Below are positions 40,209 to 51,176 of a stretch of DNA of 64,000 bases, piece by piece. The translations under genes were made by a program, and so were the position numbers. Source of the DNA: an uncultured bacterium (GTDB lineage Bacteria; Chloroflexota; UBA5177; JANWHV01); NCBI GenBank assembly GCA_963827235.1, contig CAWHAE010000016.1, forward strand, positions 1,088,001 through 1,152,000. The letters run 5' to 3'. Below the pieces are notes generated by a model. It was not told the origin of the DNA, ran no database searches, and worked only from the letters and a program-made list of their open reading frames with translations. The stretch's first letter is position 1. Each line of letters starts with the position of its first letter.

Positions 40209-40544
40209 ATGCAGTACCTGGTTTCCGTGATCGACGACACAGCCGGCTTGGCCACCCCGTCCGAGATGGCTGCGATCGACGCGTTCACCGACCGGCTCAT
40301 GACCGAGGGCCACTGGGTCTTCGCTGGCGGCCTCGGGTCGTCCAACAAAGCCACGGTCATCGACAACCGGAGTGGGGAGGCGGTGTTCGCCGACGGGCCC
40401 TTCCTGGAGTCGAAGGAGCACCTCGTCGGCTTCTGGATCATCGAGGCCCTCGACCTCGACGTGGCGCTCAAACTCGCCGCCGAGGGGTCAATGCACTGCA
40501 ATCGGAAGGTCGAGGTGCGGCCGTTCCTGGGCGAGGGCGCGTGA
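40209..40544 (+). CDS. YciI/DGPF family protein
   Basis: FADGPFLESKEHLVGFWII and VEVRP. Overlaps the sigma factor start (GTGA). Confidence 0.9.
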   Translation: MQYLVSVIDDTAGLATPSEMAAIDAFTDRLMTEGHWVFAGGLGSSNKATVIDNRSGEAVFADGPFLESKEHLVGFWIIEALDLDVALKLAAEGSMHCNRKVEVRPFLGEGA

Positions 40545-41748
40545 TCGACGTCCGGGAGGCGATCACCCAGGCCCACCACGAGGGGTGGGCGCGGGTGGTC
40601 GCTGCCCTGACGAGGCGCTCCGGTGACTTCGACATCGCCGAGGAGGCGCCGCCCGAGGCGGTCGCGACCGCCCTCGAGCGGTGGCCGGCCGACGGCGTAC
40701 CCCCGAACCCCGGCGCCTGGCTGACCACCACCGCCAAGCACGACGCCATCCACCGGATCCGGCGCGAGAGCAAGCGCGACGACGAGCAGACGGGAGCTCA
40801 GCTGGTGTACGACGACGACCCGCCCGAGCCTCGCGGGGCTATTGACGACGAGCGGCTCCGGCTGACTTTCGCCTGCTGTCACCCGGCGCTCGCGCTGGAG
40901 ACCCGCGTGGCGCTGACGCTGCGCATGGTCGGCGGTCTGACCGTGCCCGAGATGGCCCGTGCCTTCCTGGTGCAGGAGACCACCATAGGGCGGCGGATCA
41001 CCCGCGCGAAGGCCAGGATCAAGGCGGCTCGCATCCCCTATCGGGTGCCGTCTGCGGAGGATCTCCCGGCACGCGTCTCCGGCGTACTCGCCGTCCTGTA
41101 CCTCGTCTTCAAGGAGGGCTACCTGGCGACCGGAACCGACACCGATCCCGTCCGTCACGACCTGACCGCCGAGGCGATCCGACTCACGCGTCTGGTCCGT
41201 GCCCTCCTGCCGGAGGACGGTGAGGTGGCCGGGCTGCCGGCGCTGATGCTTCTCGCCGACGCCCGCCGCACCGCACGGGTTTCGGCGAGCGGCCAACTGG
41301 TCCCCCTCGACGAGCAGGACCGTGGGGCCTGGGACGCGCCGCTGGTGCGCGAGAGCCTCGCCGACGGGGTGTCGCCAGGGCGCTACCGAGATCCTCGCAG
41401 CGATCAACGTCGTGCATACCTCCGCCCGCGACGTACGCGACACCGACTGGTCGCAGATCGTCGCCCTCCACGACCAGCTCGTCCGCCTCGACCCCTCGCC
41501 GATCATCGCCCTCAACCGGGCCCATCACGGTCGCCGAGCTTGACGGCCCGGCGGTAGCACTGGCGGCGGTCGACCGTCTTGAGGACAGATTGGCCGGCTA
41601 TCACGCCTACCATGCGACCCGCGCCGACCTGCTGCGCCGGCTGGGCCGTGGTCAGGAGTCGCGCGCGGCGTACGACAAAGCAATCGAGCTGGCGGGCAAC
41701 ACCGCCGAGACCGCCTACCTAACACGCCGCCGCGACCAACTGGAGTAG
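40541..41748 (+). pseudogene. ECF42-type sigma factor with C-terminal TPR-like extension, frameshifted
   Basis: GVPPNPGAWL, DERLRL.F.CCHPAL, RITRAKARI, LYLVF.EGY. +1 shifts at about 41388 (TACCGAGATC) and about 41522 (GCCCATC), plus an apparent short deletion after WDAP. Confidence 0.85.
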
Positions 41749-41750
41749 TG

Positions 41751-41788
41751 CCCGTGCCAGATCGCCCATATGGGCGATCTGGCACGGG
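41751..41788. repeat. Perfect 38-bp palindrome
   Basis: CCCGTGCCAGATCGCCCATATGGGCGATCTGGCACGGG equals its own reverse complement and starts 2 nt after the sigma stop codon. Confidence 0.85.
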
Positions 41789-43009
41789 GATCCCAGTCGA
41801 AACCGCGTGCAAAGCGGCGTCCGGCCTCGATGGAATGCGCCGCGCGGGGCAGATGGCGGGGTGGCCGGCCAAGCCTCCCGGCGCCGGCCCTCCAGATTCC
41901 AGTCCAGGATCAGCCCGCAGGACGGTTTGAGCCGTCCGGTCTTACGGATCAGCGCGGCCGCACACCAGATCCCCGACCACTTCGCCGGACGATGGTTGGC
42001 GCACTTCGGCATGATGATGCATCAGCTCGCTACCAGCGAGGGTACTTGTCCGCGACCGCCGACCGTTCAGCAAAGCGTGCGGCTGATCTACGCCTCGGGC
42101 GCATGTCTTCGATCAGGGTGAAGGTAGAGCTGCCGCTACCAGGCATCCGCGATCACGGTGATCAAGAAGTTGTTGTTTTGTCCCGTGCATAGTTCATACT
42201 CTGCATGCCCCAATGGGCAGGCCGCTGAGGACGTGGGGCACTCTGGAAGAGCGCGCTTCGAGGCTGGTCGAGCTGGGCCGGAGAACACTGGAAGTCGGCG
42301 CGGCTGCAGAAACGCAGGTATCCAGCCGCATCGGCAATCGCAGGTAAACACGGCACTCCTATGTTCAAGCCGCAGTGGTTACAGGGATGCACCCTTCATC
42401 TGCCGCATGCGAGGCCCAAAATCACGATCGGGTGAACAATTGCTCCGTCGTAAACAAGTCCAGCCCTGCTCGAACTCCGCCTTGAGATTGTGACGGGCTA
42501 TCTGGGACAACACCTCACCGAGCAGTGCCTGAGCTGCTCTGGCGTCAGGTAGCGAAGTGGCGCGCCTCGACAACAAGAAGCCGTCGAGCCGCACGCGATC
42601 GCTGAGATGGCTTCCATAACCGGCCAGATACTAGGACATAAGGCGTCTCCTTGACGGAGGGAAATCCGGGTACAGCCTGCAAGTCAGCCTCCCAGCCAAC
42701 GCGGCAAGTCCTGTGAGCACGTGGTCGGCAACTCGCTGCCACCTCGCGAGGTGTGCCGTCTCGTACGCATCTGCTTCACCGAGTCAGAAGGTGCAAGTAT
42801 AGCCCGACCGGTCCATGTGCCGTGCAGAGCACGCATGAGATGATGTGCGCGAACCCGGCTCAGCAGCGTGTCTCGTGGACGGGGCAAGTGAAGCAACCGG
42901 CTCTCGCATGTCACTGCAGGAGAGAGTGCGGATCGCTTGCGCGCGAAGGAGCGTCGAGCACCGCCCGGCCAGGAGAGCAGCCGAATGGGCTGGCGAAAGG
43001 AGTATCCAG

Positions 43010-44164
43010 GTGAGGATCTCGCATGTGACCTTACGTGCAGGAATCGCGGCGCTTTTTGCGCTGGCCGGTTCGCTGGCGCAGACAGCGGCGACACCGGCGC
43101 GGGCCACGGAGACCCCGGAGTATACGGTTAGCCTGACGGTTAGCCAGAGTTCGGTGCCAACTGGCACCGTGGTTACGCTGACCGCTACCGCCGACCGAGA
43201 CGTTGGCGACTACTATGTCGACATCGTGACCGACCTCTCGAACCCGTCCCACACGCATGTCGGTCCCGACTGCGGTGGCGGCACTGTCTGTACGACCACG
43301 GTCCACTTCAGCACAGCCGGATCTCACACCTACTATGCCATTGTCGACCAAGAGGACTGGACCATCCTGGCTCAGTCGACGCCCCGGCAGGTGACGTGGT
43401 TCAGCTCAGCTTCTACTGTTGAGTTGCCGCAGAGCTATGCCATCGACCCGATCCCGGACCATCATCTCGGCGATCCGCCGGTTCTGGTAACTGGACGGGG
43501 CGACTACGTGACGGCGCCGGCGTTCAGTGCCACCGGTGCTTGCAGTCTATCCCCGGACAGCATACACCTGATCCTCACCGGCGCCGGCAGCTGCAGGGTG
43601 ACCGCTTTCCTGCTTGGTGTGGGCAACTACATGAGCTACACGTCGGAGCCCGTGACCTTCACGATCCTACCCGACCCGCCGGCAGTGACGTGGCCCAGCC
43701 CAGCGGACATACCCTACGGGACGGCGCTGGGATCGACGGAGCTCGACGCCACATCGTCAATGCCAGGCACCTTCGCGTACACGCCTGCCGCAGGTACCGT
43801 GCTGCCGGTCGGTGCCAGCCAGGCACTCACGACGACGTTTACGCCGGCAGATGTGGTGAACAACACACCGGTCGTTGCCACGACGACGATCACGGTTACC
43901 AGGGCCACGCAGCATCTAACGCTCTACCAACTGCCTAACCTGGCAGTCGGCACAGCGGTGAAGGTCGTCGCGAATCCTGGTGCTTCCGGCGCGCCGGTGG
44001 TCCTCGCTGCGAGCGGGGCATGTACTCTAGATGCGGACGGAGTGACGCTCACTCCATCGGCTGCTGGCTTTTGCACCATCACGGCCAACGAATCCGGGAA
44101 CGCGCAGTATCTGGACGCACCCGCTGTCACACAGACCGTGTCGGTCCAGGCGAAACCGTCGTGA
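43010..44164 (+). CDS. Secreted Ig-like/MBG-type repeat surface protein
   Basis: AAAGGAG RBS + GTG, signal peptide (ARA), TWPSPADIPYGTALGSTELDAT MBG-like unit, two GACxL...GxCxxTA...GNxxY repeats. Confidence 0.8.
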   Translation: MRISHVTLRAGIAALFALAGSLAQTAATPARATETPEYTVSLTVSQSSVPTGTVVTLTATADRDVGDYYVDIVTDLSNPSHTHVGPDCGGGTVCTTTVHFSTAGSHTYYAIVDQEDWTILAQSTPRQVTWFSSASTVELPQSYAIDPIPDHHLGDPPVLVTGRGDYVTAPAFSATGACSLSPDSIHLILTGAGSCRVTAFLLGVGNYMSYTSEPVTFTILPDPPAVTWPSPADIPYGTALGSTELDATSSMPGTFAYTPAAGTVLPVGASQALTTTFTPADVVNNTPVVATTTITVTRATQHLTLYQLPNLAVGTAVKVVANPGASGAPVVLAASGACTLDADGVTLTPSAAGFCTITANESGNAQYLDAPAVTQTVSVQAKPS

Positions 44165-44241
44165 TCAAGTAGCAGGCGGACCAGAACTGTTTATCCGGCT
44201 ACGGCGCCGGGATTGCGGGCGCCTACTAATCGCACTCGCCG

Positions 44242-44270
44242 GGGAGAGGGATAGTCGTGCTCCCTCTCCC
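44242..44270. terminator. GC-rich hairpin after surface-protein gene
   Basis: GGGAGAGGGA-N9-TCCCTCTCCC. Confidence 0.5.
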
Positions 44271-45744
44271 GGGGCGTTGTCCTCGCTCGCTAACAAACCT
44301 GGTTCCTCTGGCCGGGTACTTCTCGGAATCCCTGCCGACCTGCACAGCCAGTCTCGCCGGGCCTACTGACGCACATCACAGTGGCTCTGTGGAGCAGAGT
44401 ACCGACTACTCTACAACCTGGGCTGACAGCGCGCCGCGAGTAGCACTAATCCAACTGCACCGCGTTCACGCCCTACACGTCGTCGAGTTTCCCTGCTCGA
44501 GTGTGCCGGCATGCCATGCCGCAGAGGGTCAAGGTCACACTCACTGCAAGGAAAGCAGGTCGATGCGTTCCTCACTGCAACGTCGAACGTCAAGAACAAG
44601 ACAGTTGCGTTGACCCGCGGGTGCGGCCGCCTCGGCGCCTACGATGCGGACCGCAACCTCGAGCTGCAAGAATCCTGCAATTCGAAGCTTCCAACCACAC
44701 GCAGGCAGGCAGGGTTTGCGATAACGGCCCCGTGATCGCGCGGACCCGACGTTGGGCGTTTCGCCGAACCCGCTGCCCATCGCTGGGACTCATGCATGAC
44801 GATGCAACCTCACGTTCGCCGTCGTGGGGCGATGGCCTCGCGATGTGACAGGTGATCTGGCTGGCTCGGCTCGTCATGCTTGGGCGCAGATCGCACATGT
44901 CAGACGCTCGAGTACTGCCGGTCTAGACAGTCCAGTTCGAACATCACGTGCTCCCGCGGGCTCTCGCCCACCGACTGTGCCATCTTCATCACTGGTCCCT
45001 GGCTGACGAACACGTCGCATTCCAGCACCTGACCGCTTGACCCTGCATATGGAGGAGCGGCTCGATGATCACTCGTCTGTGCCGGCAATGATGGGCTGCC
45101 GACCCCAGGCGCACCTGTCTCGGCGGGCTGGGCCGGAGCCCCGCTCGTAGGGTTCCGGGACGGTTTCTCCGAATCGAGGTTGCCATCCGACGAGTCCGCC
45201 TCCGCCGGGCGAAGACCTACACAGGCTAGAGCATCGGCTGTGTGATCGCATGGGCCATCGCCTTGGCGGTCGCACGAGGTGTTGCCGACAAAGAGTGGCA
45301 GCACAACACGCTCGTAGTCTGCGCCGGTTGGTGGATCGGCTGTGTCTCGGCGACCATCGCCAGGGCCGTCTACCCGCCGCCCAGGCCCAACCCGCTCAAT
45401 CGGCTGGCAAGCTGAGGCTTCGGCAGAGGCAGATACCAGGATCAATTCCCCACCAGGATACGGTCACGCTTTGCCGCCCGGCGAGCGGGCTGGTGCATGG
45501 AAATGCACCGTCGCGACCGGCACGCCACTGTGATCTTCTCTCGGTCTGTGCAGCGATCCGGTCGGAGCGAGTCGTTATGCCTGGGCGCAGATCTTCGATT
45601 CTACGAGGCGGGCCGCAGTGGCAATCGGGCAGGCTCCAGCTACCACGGGCAACAGAGGATACTGTTCCTGCGACTGACCGGTTAGCCGCTGTTGATCCTA
45701 CGCGAGGATCGCGCACTACCGTGCCAGACCGTCTTGAAGGGGCC

Positions 45745-47208
45745 CTACGATCGCCACACAGGGCCGCTGCCCTCGGCGGCAGCGGTGCGCAGCCGTGGCA
45801 GTCGCAAGCGAAACGTGCTGCCTTGCGGACCGCTGCTCTCCAAATCGAGCGTCCCGCCCATGGCGGTGGCAAACTGAGCGGCCAGGTACAGGCCGAGCCC
45901 GGTACCCGTATGCCCGGCGCGAATGACGCTCCCCGGCAGTCGGCCGAAGCGCGTGAACAACTGCGCGCGCCCCGCCTCAGGAATACCCCGGCCATGGTCC
46001 CGGATGCGCACGGTCACCGTCGTGTCTTCGCTCGTCCAGTAGGCCTCGATCTGGCTGCCTTGCGGGGAGTACTTGGCTGCGTTGTCCAACACGTTCACGA
46101 GGATTTGCACCAGGCGCGCGGAGTCGGCCAAGACCATCACACCGTCAGGACCGTCGGTCTCGATCTGCTGGCCTGGATAGCCGCCACATACCTCGCTGAT
46201 GGCGAGCGCAATTTGGGGTGCAAGCTCCACAGGCCGGCAGTCCACGCTAAACTGCCCACGTTCGAGGCGGCTGGTCACCAGCAGGTCATCAACGAGACGG
46301 CGCTGGCGCTTTGCACCCAGCAGCACGTGCTGCAGGTATGCCAGCCGGGCCTCGTCGCTCAGCGACGCCCAGTGTGCCTCGAGCAACTCGGCGTAGCCGA
46401 TGATGGCGGTGAGGGGAGTCCGGAGTTCGTGACTGACGGCTGCCACGAACGCGCTCCGCAGCTGCGCCAGTTCTTCGGCTGCCTTGGCTCGGGCTTGCTC
46501 GTGCAATGCCCTGTCCTGGACCGCTCGTACCTTGCGCAGCAGCCAGTGGCCGGGAATTGCGGCAACGGCCACGAGGGCGGCGTTCCACGGCTGCCGCCAG
46601 AGCTGCGCCAGCAGGACGCCCAGGTAGGTGACGATCAGGTCGGCGATGTAGGTCTGCCGGGTGTTCCCCGTGACTGCGCGCCAGGGTGTGCCCGTGTCCA
46701 GCGCCGCAATGAGGAAAACAAGAGCGTTAGCCGGTACGGAGGCAACGAGGATTGTGGTGAGGAGGGCGGCGAGGTACAGCGGCCAGAGGTGGTGGCCTGG
46801 GTCCAGCAGCCGCACCGGGAGTACGGCGAGCTGGACAAAGATCAGGTTGTTGCACATGGAGAACGTCGCTTGGAGCGAACGCTTCTTGCTGCGGAAACGG
46901 TTGTCGCGCAGCAGCCGGTCGATGAGCAGGGCGGCAAACACTGCGCTGGTATAGCCCGCGGGCAGAAGGAGCGCGCCACCCACGGTGACGCCGCTGGTGA
47001 CCTGGTAGGAGAGATTGGGGCCAAGCACCAGGGGCCAGCGACCGGCACACAGCGCCAAGGTCAAGACGGCAAGGCAGACGAGCAGATCGTCCGTGCGGAG
47101 GGAAGCGGTCGCCAGTGCCCACCAGGTGCCGACCGCCGTGAGGCTCCCGGCCACGATGACCGTGGCCCACACGAGGTTCCGCAGCCACAAGCGCGCGCGT
47201 TCCGACAC
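45745..47208 (-). CDS. Membrane-bound sensor histidine kinase (orphan)
   Basis: About 7 N-terminal TM helices, H-box SHELRTPL, N-box NVLDNAAKYS, DHGRGI, GTGLGL. Confidence 0.93.
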   Translation of the reverse strand: MSERARLWLRNLVWATVIVAGSLTAVGTWWALATASLRTDDLLVCLAVLTLALCAGRWPLVLGPNLSYQVTSGVTVGGALLLPAGYTSAVFAALLIDRLLRDNRFRSKKRSLQATFSMCNNLIFVQLAVLPVRLLDPGHHLWPLYLAALLTTILVASVPANALVFLIAALDTGTPWRAVTGNTRQTYIADLIVTYLGVLLAQLWRQPWNAALVAVAAIPGHWLLRKVRAVQDRALHEQARAKAAEELAQLRSAFVAAVSHELRTPLTAIIGYAELLEAHWASLSDEARLAYLQHVLLGAKRQRRLVDDLLVTSRLERGQFSVDCRPVELAPQIALAISEVCGGYPGQQIETDGPDGVMVLADSARLVQILVNVLDNAAKYSPQGSQIEAYWTSEDTTVTVRIRDHGRGIPEAGRAQLFTRFGRLPGSVIRAGHTGTGLGLYLAAQFATAMGGTLDLESSGPQGSTFRLRLPRLRTAAAEGSGPVWRS

Positions 47209-47303
47209 TGCTGTTCCCTATTTGCGCTGTGGGCTCAGGGCGCTTCACCAGGGCCCCGGGCACATCCAGGGAACGCCCTGTTCGTTACCATATGTCCACC
47301 TTA

Positions 47304-48581
47304 GGACCCTCTCCAAAACAACGGGGTCATTCACTGAGGCAGGATCACGTAGTTCCAATTGCCGTGAAAGGCGTCTCTGAGAAGGTTCAACGCTTCCATC
47401 TCCGCATCTGTGACTGCGATCTTGGTCGGATAGGTGTTGGTATCGCCGACGGCGGTCACTCGCAGGCCACGCGCGGTGGTTGTGCGAGAGATCAGCTCGA
47501 TCACGGTTTCCATGCTGGTGAGCGGGCGTGCCCGCCAGTTGACGGAGATGTAGGAGAAGAGCTTATGCTCGATCTGGTTCCACTTGCTCGTGCCCGGCGG
47601 CAGGTGGCAGACGCGCACACGCAGTCCTGTCTCGTTGGCCAAGCGTTGCAGTTCGCGCTTCCAGAGCCGCGCGCGCGTGCTATTTGAGCCGCCCCCATCC
47701 GCCACGATCAGCAGTTCTTGCGCGTCGGCATAGCGCGCACGCCCGTGCTGGGTCCACCAGCGCCGGATACTCTCGACCGCGAACGCTGCCGTGTCATGAT
47801 CCTGGCCCACGTTCACAAAGCCCGTGTTGTGCAGGACGTCGTAGACCCCGTAGGGAATCGCCTTCCCGTCCGCCAGGCTCAGAAAGTCGTAGACATTGAC
47901 CGTGGCAGGCTGCCCTTGGGGCTGCCACTCCTGGCCGTTGTTCTTGAAGTTGCCGAGCAACTCTTTCTTCTTGCAATCCACCGAAATGACCGGCTGGCTC
48001 GTCTGTTCGAACACCGCACAGGCGTCTTTGATGTGCGTGAACTGCCCGTCGCGATCTGGGTCGGTGGCGCCTTCGTGCTCTTTCCGGTTCGCCTGGAGCG
48101 TGTAGTCGTGCGCCTGGAGCAGGCGGCGGACCGTGGTCTCGCCGACGGTGTGCCCCTGCGCTGCCAATGCCTGTTGCAAGTGCGTGATGCTCTTGGTGGT
48201 CCACTTGAGCAGGCTCATCGGATCGCCCTTCGGGTCCAGCAGGGCCTCCAGGTCAGCCACCAGCGTCGGATCCTGGTCGCTCCGCCTCTTCCGGCCCCCA
48301 CCAGGCCGTCGCTGCCGATCTCCTGCCACGTAGGCCAGACCCCCCTCGATCTCCGCGACGCCCCGGCGAATCGTGTCACGTGTGGCGTGCGCCTCACGTG
48401 CCACTTGACTGATGCCGCCGCGCCCAATCTTCTTGGCCTCGACCGCCAAATACACGCGCCACTGCCGCTCATTGAGGGTGGCGTGCATGATCTCGTATGC
48501 CGTCGGTGTGTCGTGCTGTTCCATGAACCAAGCCTACCACCACACGACAAGGAGCGGGCTAAGTTATTAAGGAGTGGCCCC
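47304..48581 (-). mobile_element. ISAzo13-family insertion sequence
   Basis: Imperfect terminal IRs GGACCCTCTCCAAAACAAC / GGGGCCACTCCTTAATAAC, with a TTA direct repeat at 47301-47303 and 48582-48584. Confidence 0.85.
47331..48524 (-). CDS. ISAzo13 transposase (Rhodopirellula-type DDE)
   Basis: GDPMSLLKWTTKS, ISVDCKKKE, ADGGGSN, PGTSKWNQIEHKLFS, FHGNWNY. Confidence 0.95.
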   Translation of the reverse strand: MEQHDTPTAYEIMHATLNERQWRVYLAVEAKKIGRGGISQVAREAHATRDTIRRGVAEIEGGLAYVAGDRQRRPGGGRKRRSDQDPTLVADLEALLDPKGDPMSLLKWTTKSITHLQQALAAQGHTVGETTVRRLLQAHDYTLQANRKEHEGATDPDRDGQFTHIKDACAVFEQTSQPVISVDCKKKELLGNFKNNGQEWQPQGQPATVNVYDFLSLADGKAIPYGVYDVLHNTGFVNVGQDHDTAAFAVESIRRWWTQHGRARYADAQELLIVADGGGSNSTRARLWKRELQRLANETGLRVRVCHLPPGTSKWNQIEHKLFSYISVNWRARPLTSMETVIELISRTTTARGLRVTAVGDTNTYPTKIAVTDAEMEALNLLRDAFHGNWNYVILPQ

Positions 48582-49237
48582 TTAGTGGCGAGATCAACTG
48601 CCACAAGGCGCCGATTACCGCCCCAATGGTCCCGCGGTTCGGCCGCTATGGCGAGATGGCTCGATGGGGTCTCAGTGGGCCGGTCCACCGGCATCGCCGA
48701 GCGCAGTTGCGCCGTCTCAGTTGCACGGGCTTGAGAATAAGGGCCGGGGCACAGGTCGCCGCGCTACCGACGATGTTCGGCCAGCGCCCTTGCGGTATCG
48801 GCATCGCCATCACGCTGCATCGACCGCAGGGTGCACGCACAGCCGTCCTTTGGGGGCAACGCCCCCTGCATCGATATGCATCAGCCTGCTGACCTGCTCA
48901 ATGCTCCACAACCCCCTTTCGGCGTGCGGCTGCACGTGAAAGCAGGAACGCGATAGGCGCATGGCTCGCAACCCCGCGCCGGCAGCCGCGGTTGGCGTCA
49001 CGACCGATCGGCTAGGCCTAAGGACCGGTGCCGGGGCGCGACCTTCTGAACAGGCACACACGGACCTTTCGGACATGGTTGGCGGCAGCTCTCACGAGTA
49101 GGCTGGAGCTTGGCGTGCGACGAGCACGACCTCGCGCTGACGTCCTGAAACGCTCGAACCAGTGCCGCACCGGGTCGGCAGACCCGAGCGCAGCGGGCTC
49201 GCTGTTCCGCCGTGTACCGCATGCAAGGAGACGCGCC

Positions 49238-50731
49238 ATGTCTAAGCCGCTTCACTCGCGAGTATCGGTGGTGCTGGGCGCGATCCTGCTGATCAGTCTG
49301 GGTGTCTCAGCCAGCTCGGGCAGTTCTGGTGCCCACGCGAGCCAGATCGCCACCTTCCAAACGACGCCCTGTCCGTTCAAGGTCACCAATGGGGTGTTCG
49401 TGGCGTCGCACATCCGCTGTGGCTATCTGCTCGTGCCGGAGAATCGCCAGATTGCGGACAGCCCAACCATCAAGGTGGCGGTCGCCATCTTCAAACCGCA
49501 ATCGCCCAATCCTGCTCCCGATCCCCTCATCTTCGTGGTCGGCGGCCCGGGCGGGGAGACCATCCTCTCACGAGGGCCCACCATGGTCGGCAAGGGGTTG
49601 CCGGCTTTCGTCGGGAATCGGGATTACATCCTGGTCAATCAGCGGGGGACACTCCTCTCCCCGCCCACGCTCATCTGCCCCGCCGACGACACGATACCGG
49701 CCTGCCACGCCTCTCTGGTCAAGGAGGGCATCGATCCCGGCGCCTATAACGTGGTCGAGGACGCTGCCGACATTGCCGCCCTTGGGCCTGCCCTCGGCTA
49801 CAAAGCGGTTGACCTCTACGGCAACTCCTACGGGTCGATCATCACGTTGCAGGCGATGCGCGACCATCCGCAGGGCATACGCGCCGTCGTGCTGGACGGG
49901 GTCCTCACGCCCTCGTACGACCAGTTCACCGGTCGCATTCCCCATACCTGGCGCGCGCTCCAGCAGATCTTCGCGGACTGCGCCGCATCACCGTCCTGCA
50001 ATGCGCGCTACCCGCATCTGATTCAGACTTTCATGCAACTGCTGTCTCACCTGCAAGACCGTCCGGCTTCGGTCCGCATCTACTCCAGCGCGCAGAAGCG
50101 CTTCGCAACCGGGACCATCGATGGCGCGGACCTCTGGACCGGATTGGCCACGTACCTGACGGATGACACGGTCCTGCCGTTCGTGCCCCAGCCCACGTTC
50201 GCGCCGCTCGTGCCCAGACTCATTACGCACATGGCGAGAGGAGACTTCAGCGACGTCGTGCAGTACCTCGAAGCTATCCATTGGGACAAGCCATCGACCG
50301 ACAATAGCCTGATGAACGCCGCCATGGTGCGCAGTTTCGCCCAGTCTTGCAGCTCGCCGGACAAGATCGCGGCCGGTGCGACGACGCTCCCGCCCTCGAT
50401 CCGCACGGACGCTGTCGCGTTCTACGCCGCTGGCTTGGCAAGTTGCACCGCTTGGCACCTGCCCATGATTGCCGCCGTCAACCACACTTACTTCCGCAGC
50501 GAGATTCCCACGCTCCTCCTGTCGGGACGGTACGACTCGGCCGGGTCGCCCGCCCAGACGCAGGTATTGGCGCGCATGCTGGGGAACGCCTACCTGGTGC
50601 CCGTGCCCTCGGGTCACCATGCCGCCGAGGTCGGAGGGTGTCCGGACGAGATCGCTCGCGCCTTCCTCGCGAGCCCAGACCAGAAGCCTGACACGAGTTG
50701 TGTCGCACAGATGACTGTGCACTGGAAGTAA
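49238..50731 (+). CDS. Secreted alpha/beta hydrolase (TAP-like peptidase)
   Basis: AAGGAG RBS, signal peptide, CGYLLVPENR, GGPGG, GNSYG nucleophile, GRYD, GHH. Confidence 0.9.
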   Translation: MSKPLHSRVSVVLGAILLISLGVSASSGSSGAHASQIATFQTTPCPFKVTNGVFVASHIRCGYLLVPENRQIADSPTIKVAVAIFKPQSPNPAPDPLIFVVGGPGGETILSRGPTMVGKGLPAFVGNRDYILVNQRGTLLSPPTLICPADDTIPACHASLVKEGIDPGAYNVVEDAADIAALGPALGYKAVDLYGNSYGSIITLQAMRDHPQGIRAVVLDGVLTPSYDQFTGRIPHTWRALQQIFADCAASPSCNARYPHLIQTFMQLLSHLQDRPASVRIYSSAQKRFATGTIDGADLWTGLATYLTDDTVLPFVPQPTFAPLVPRLITHMARGDFSDVVQYLEAIHWDKPSTDNSLMNAAMVRSFAQSCSSPDKIAAGATTLPPSIRTDAVAFYAAGLASCTAWHLPMIAAVNHTYFRSEIPTLLLSGRYDSAGSPAQTQVLARMLGNAYLVPVPSGHHAAEVGGCPDEIARAFLASPDQKPDTSCVAQMTVHWK

Positions 50732-51176
50732 GCCGCGACAGCATCGTGGCCCAGAAACTCGGAAAGTCACATCCCGAGTCTGTGGGCAGCGCCTGAGCAC
50801 ATAGCGAACTCATGCGTGACAACGGCGTCGCGATCGCGCTGGGTCTCGCTGCAGGGGCTGTCCGAGATAACGACGCCGACCGAGCCCGGCTGTTTGAAGA
50901 CGCGGTTCCAGCTACATCGTCCGGCGATTCTCGCGCTTTCGTTCGATGCCTATGGCAGCGAAATCATCGGGCGCAGGTCTCAAGCGGCAAGGGGGTGCCC
51001 TCATCGCGAGCGGGCTACACAGCGAGCTTGTCGAGCGTTCTCGCAGCCAATACCCGATGACGATCGGCATTCCCAGCAGAAGCTTCAACACGAGGCATAG
51101 CGCACTGTGCCCTCGACGACATAGCCGATGCCATTGATACTGAACCCATTCTCTACGATGAAAGCGCCCACCACTA

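Noticed and set aside
42878-42970. c-di-GMP-II riboswitch upstream of the Ig-like surface protein
   Set aside because: A kink-turn-like GCAAGTGAAGCA...TGCGGATCGCTTGC hairpin is present, but the conserved 3' AGTGCAACC pseudoknot segment is missing.
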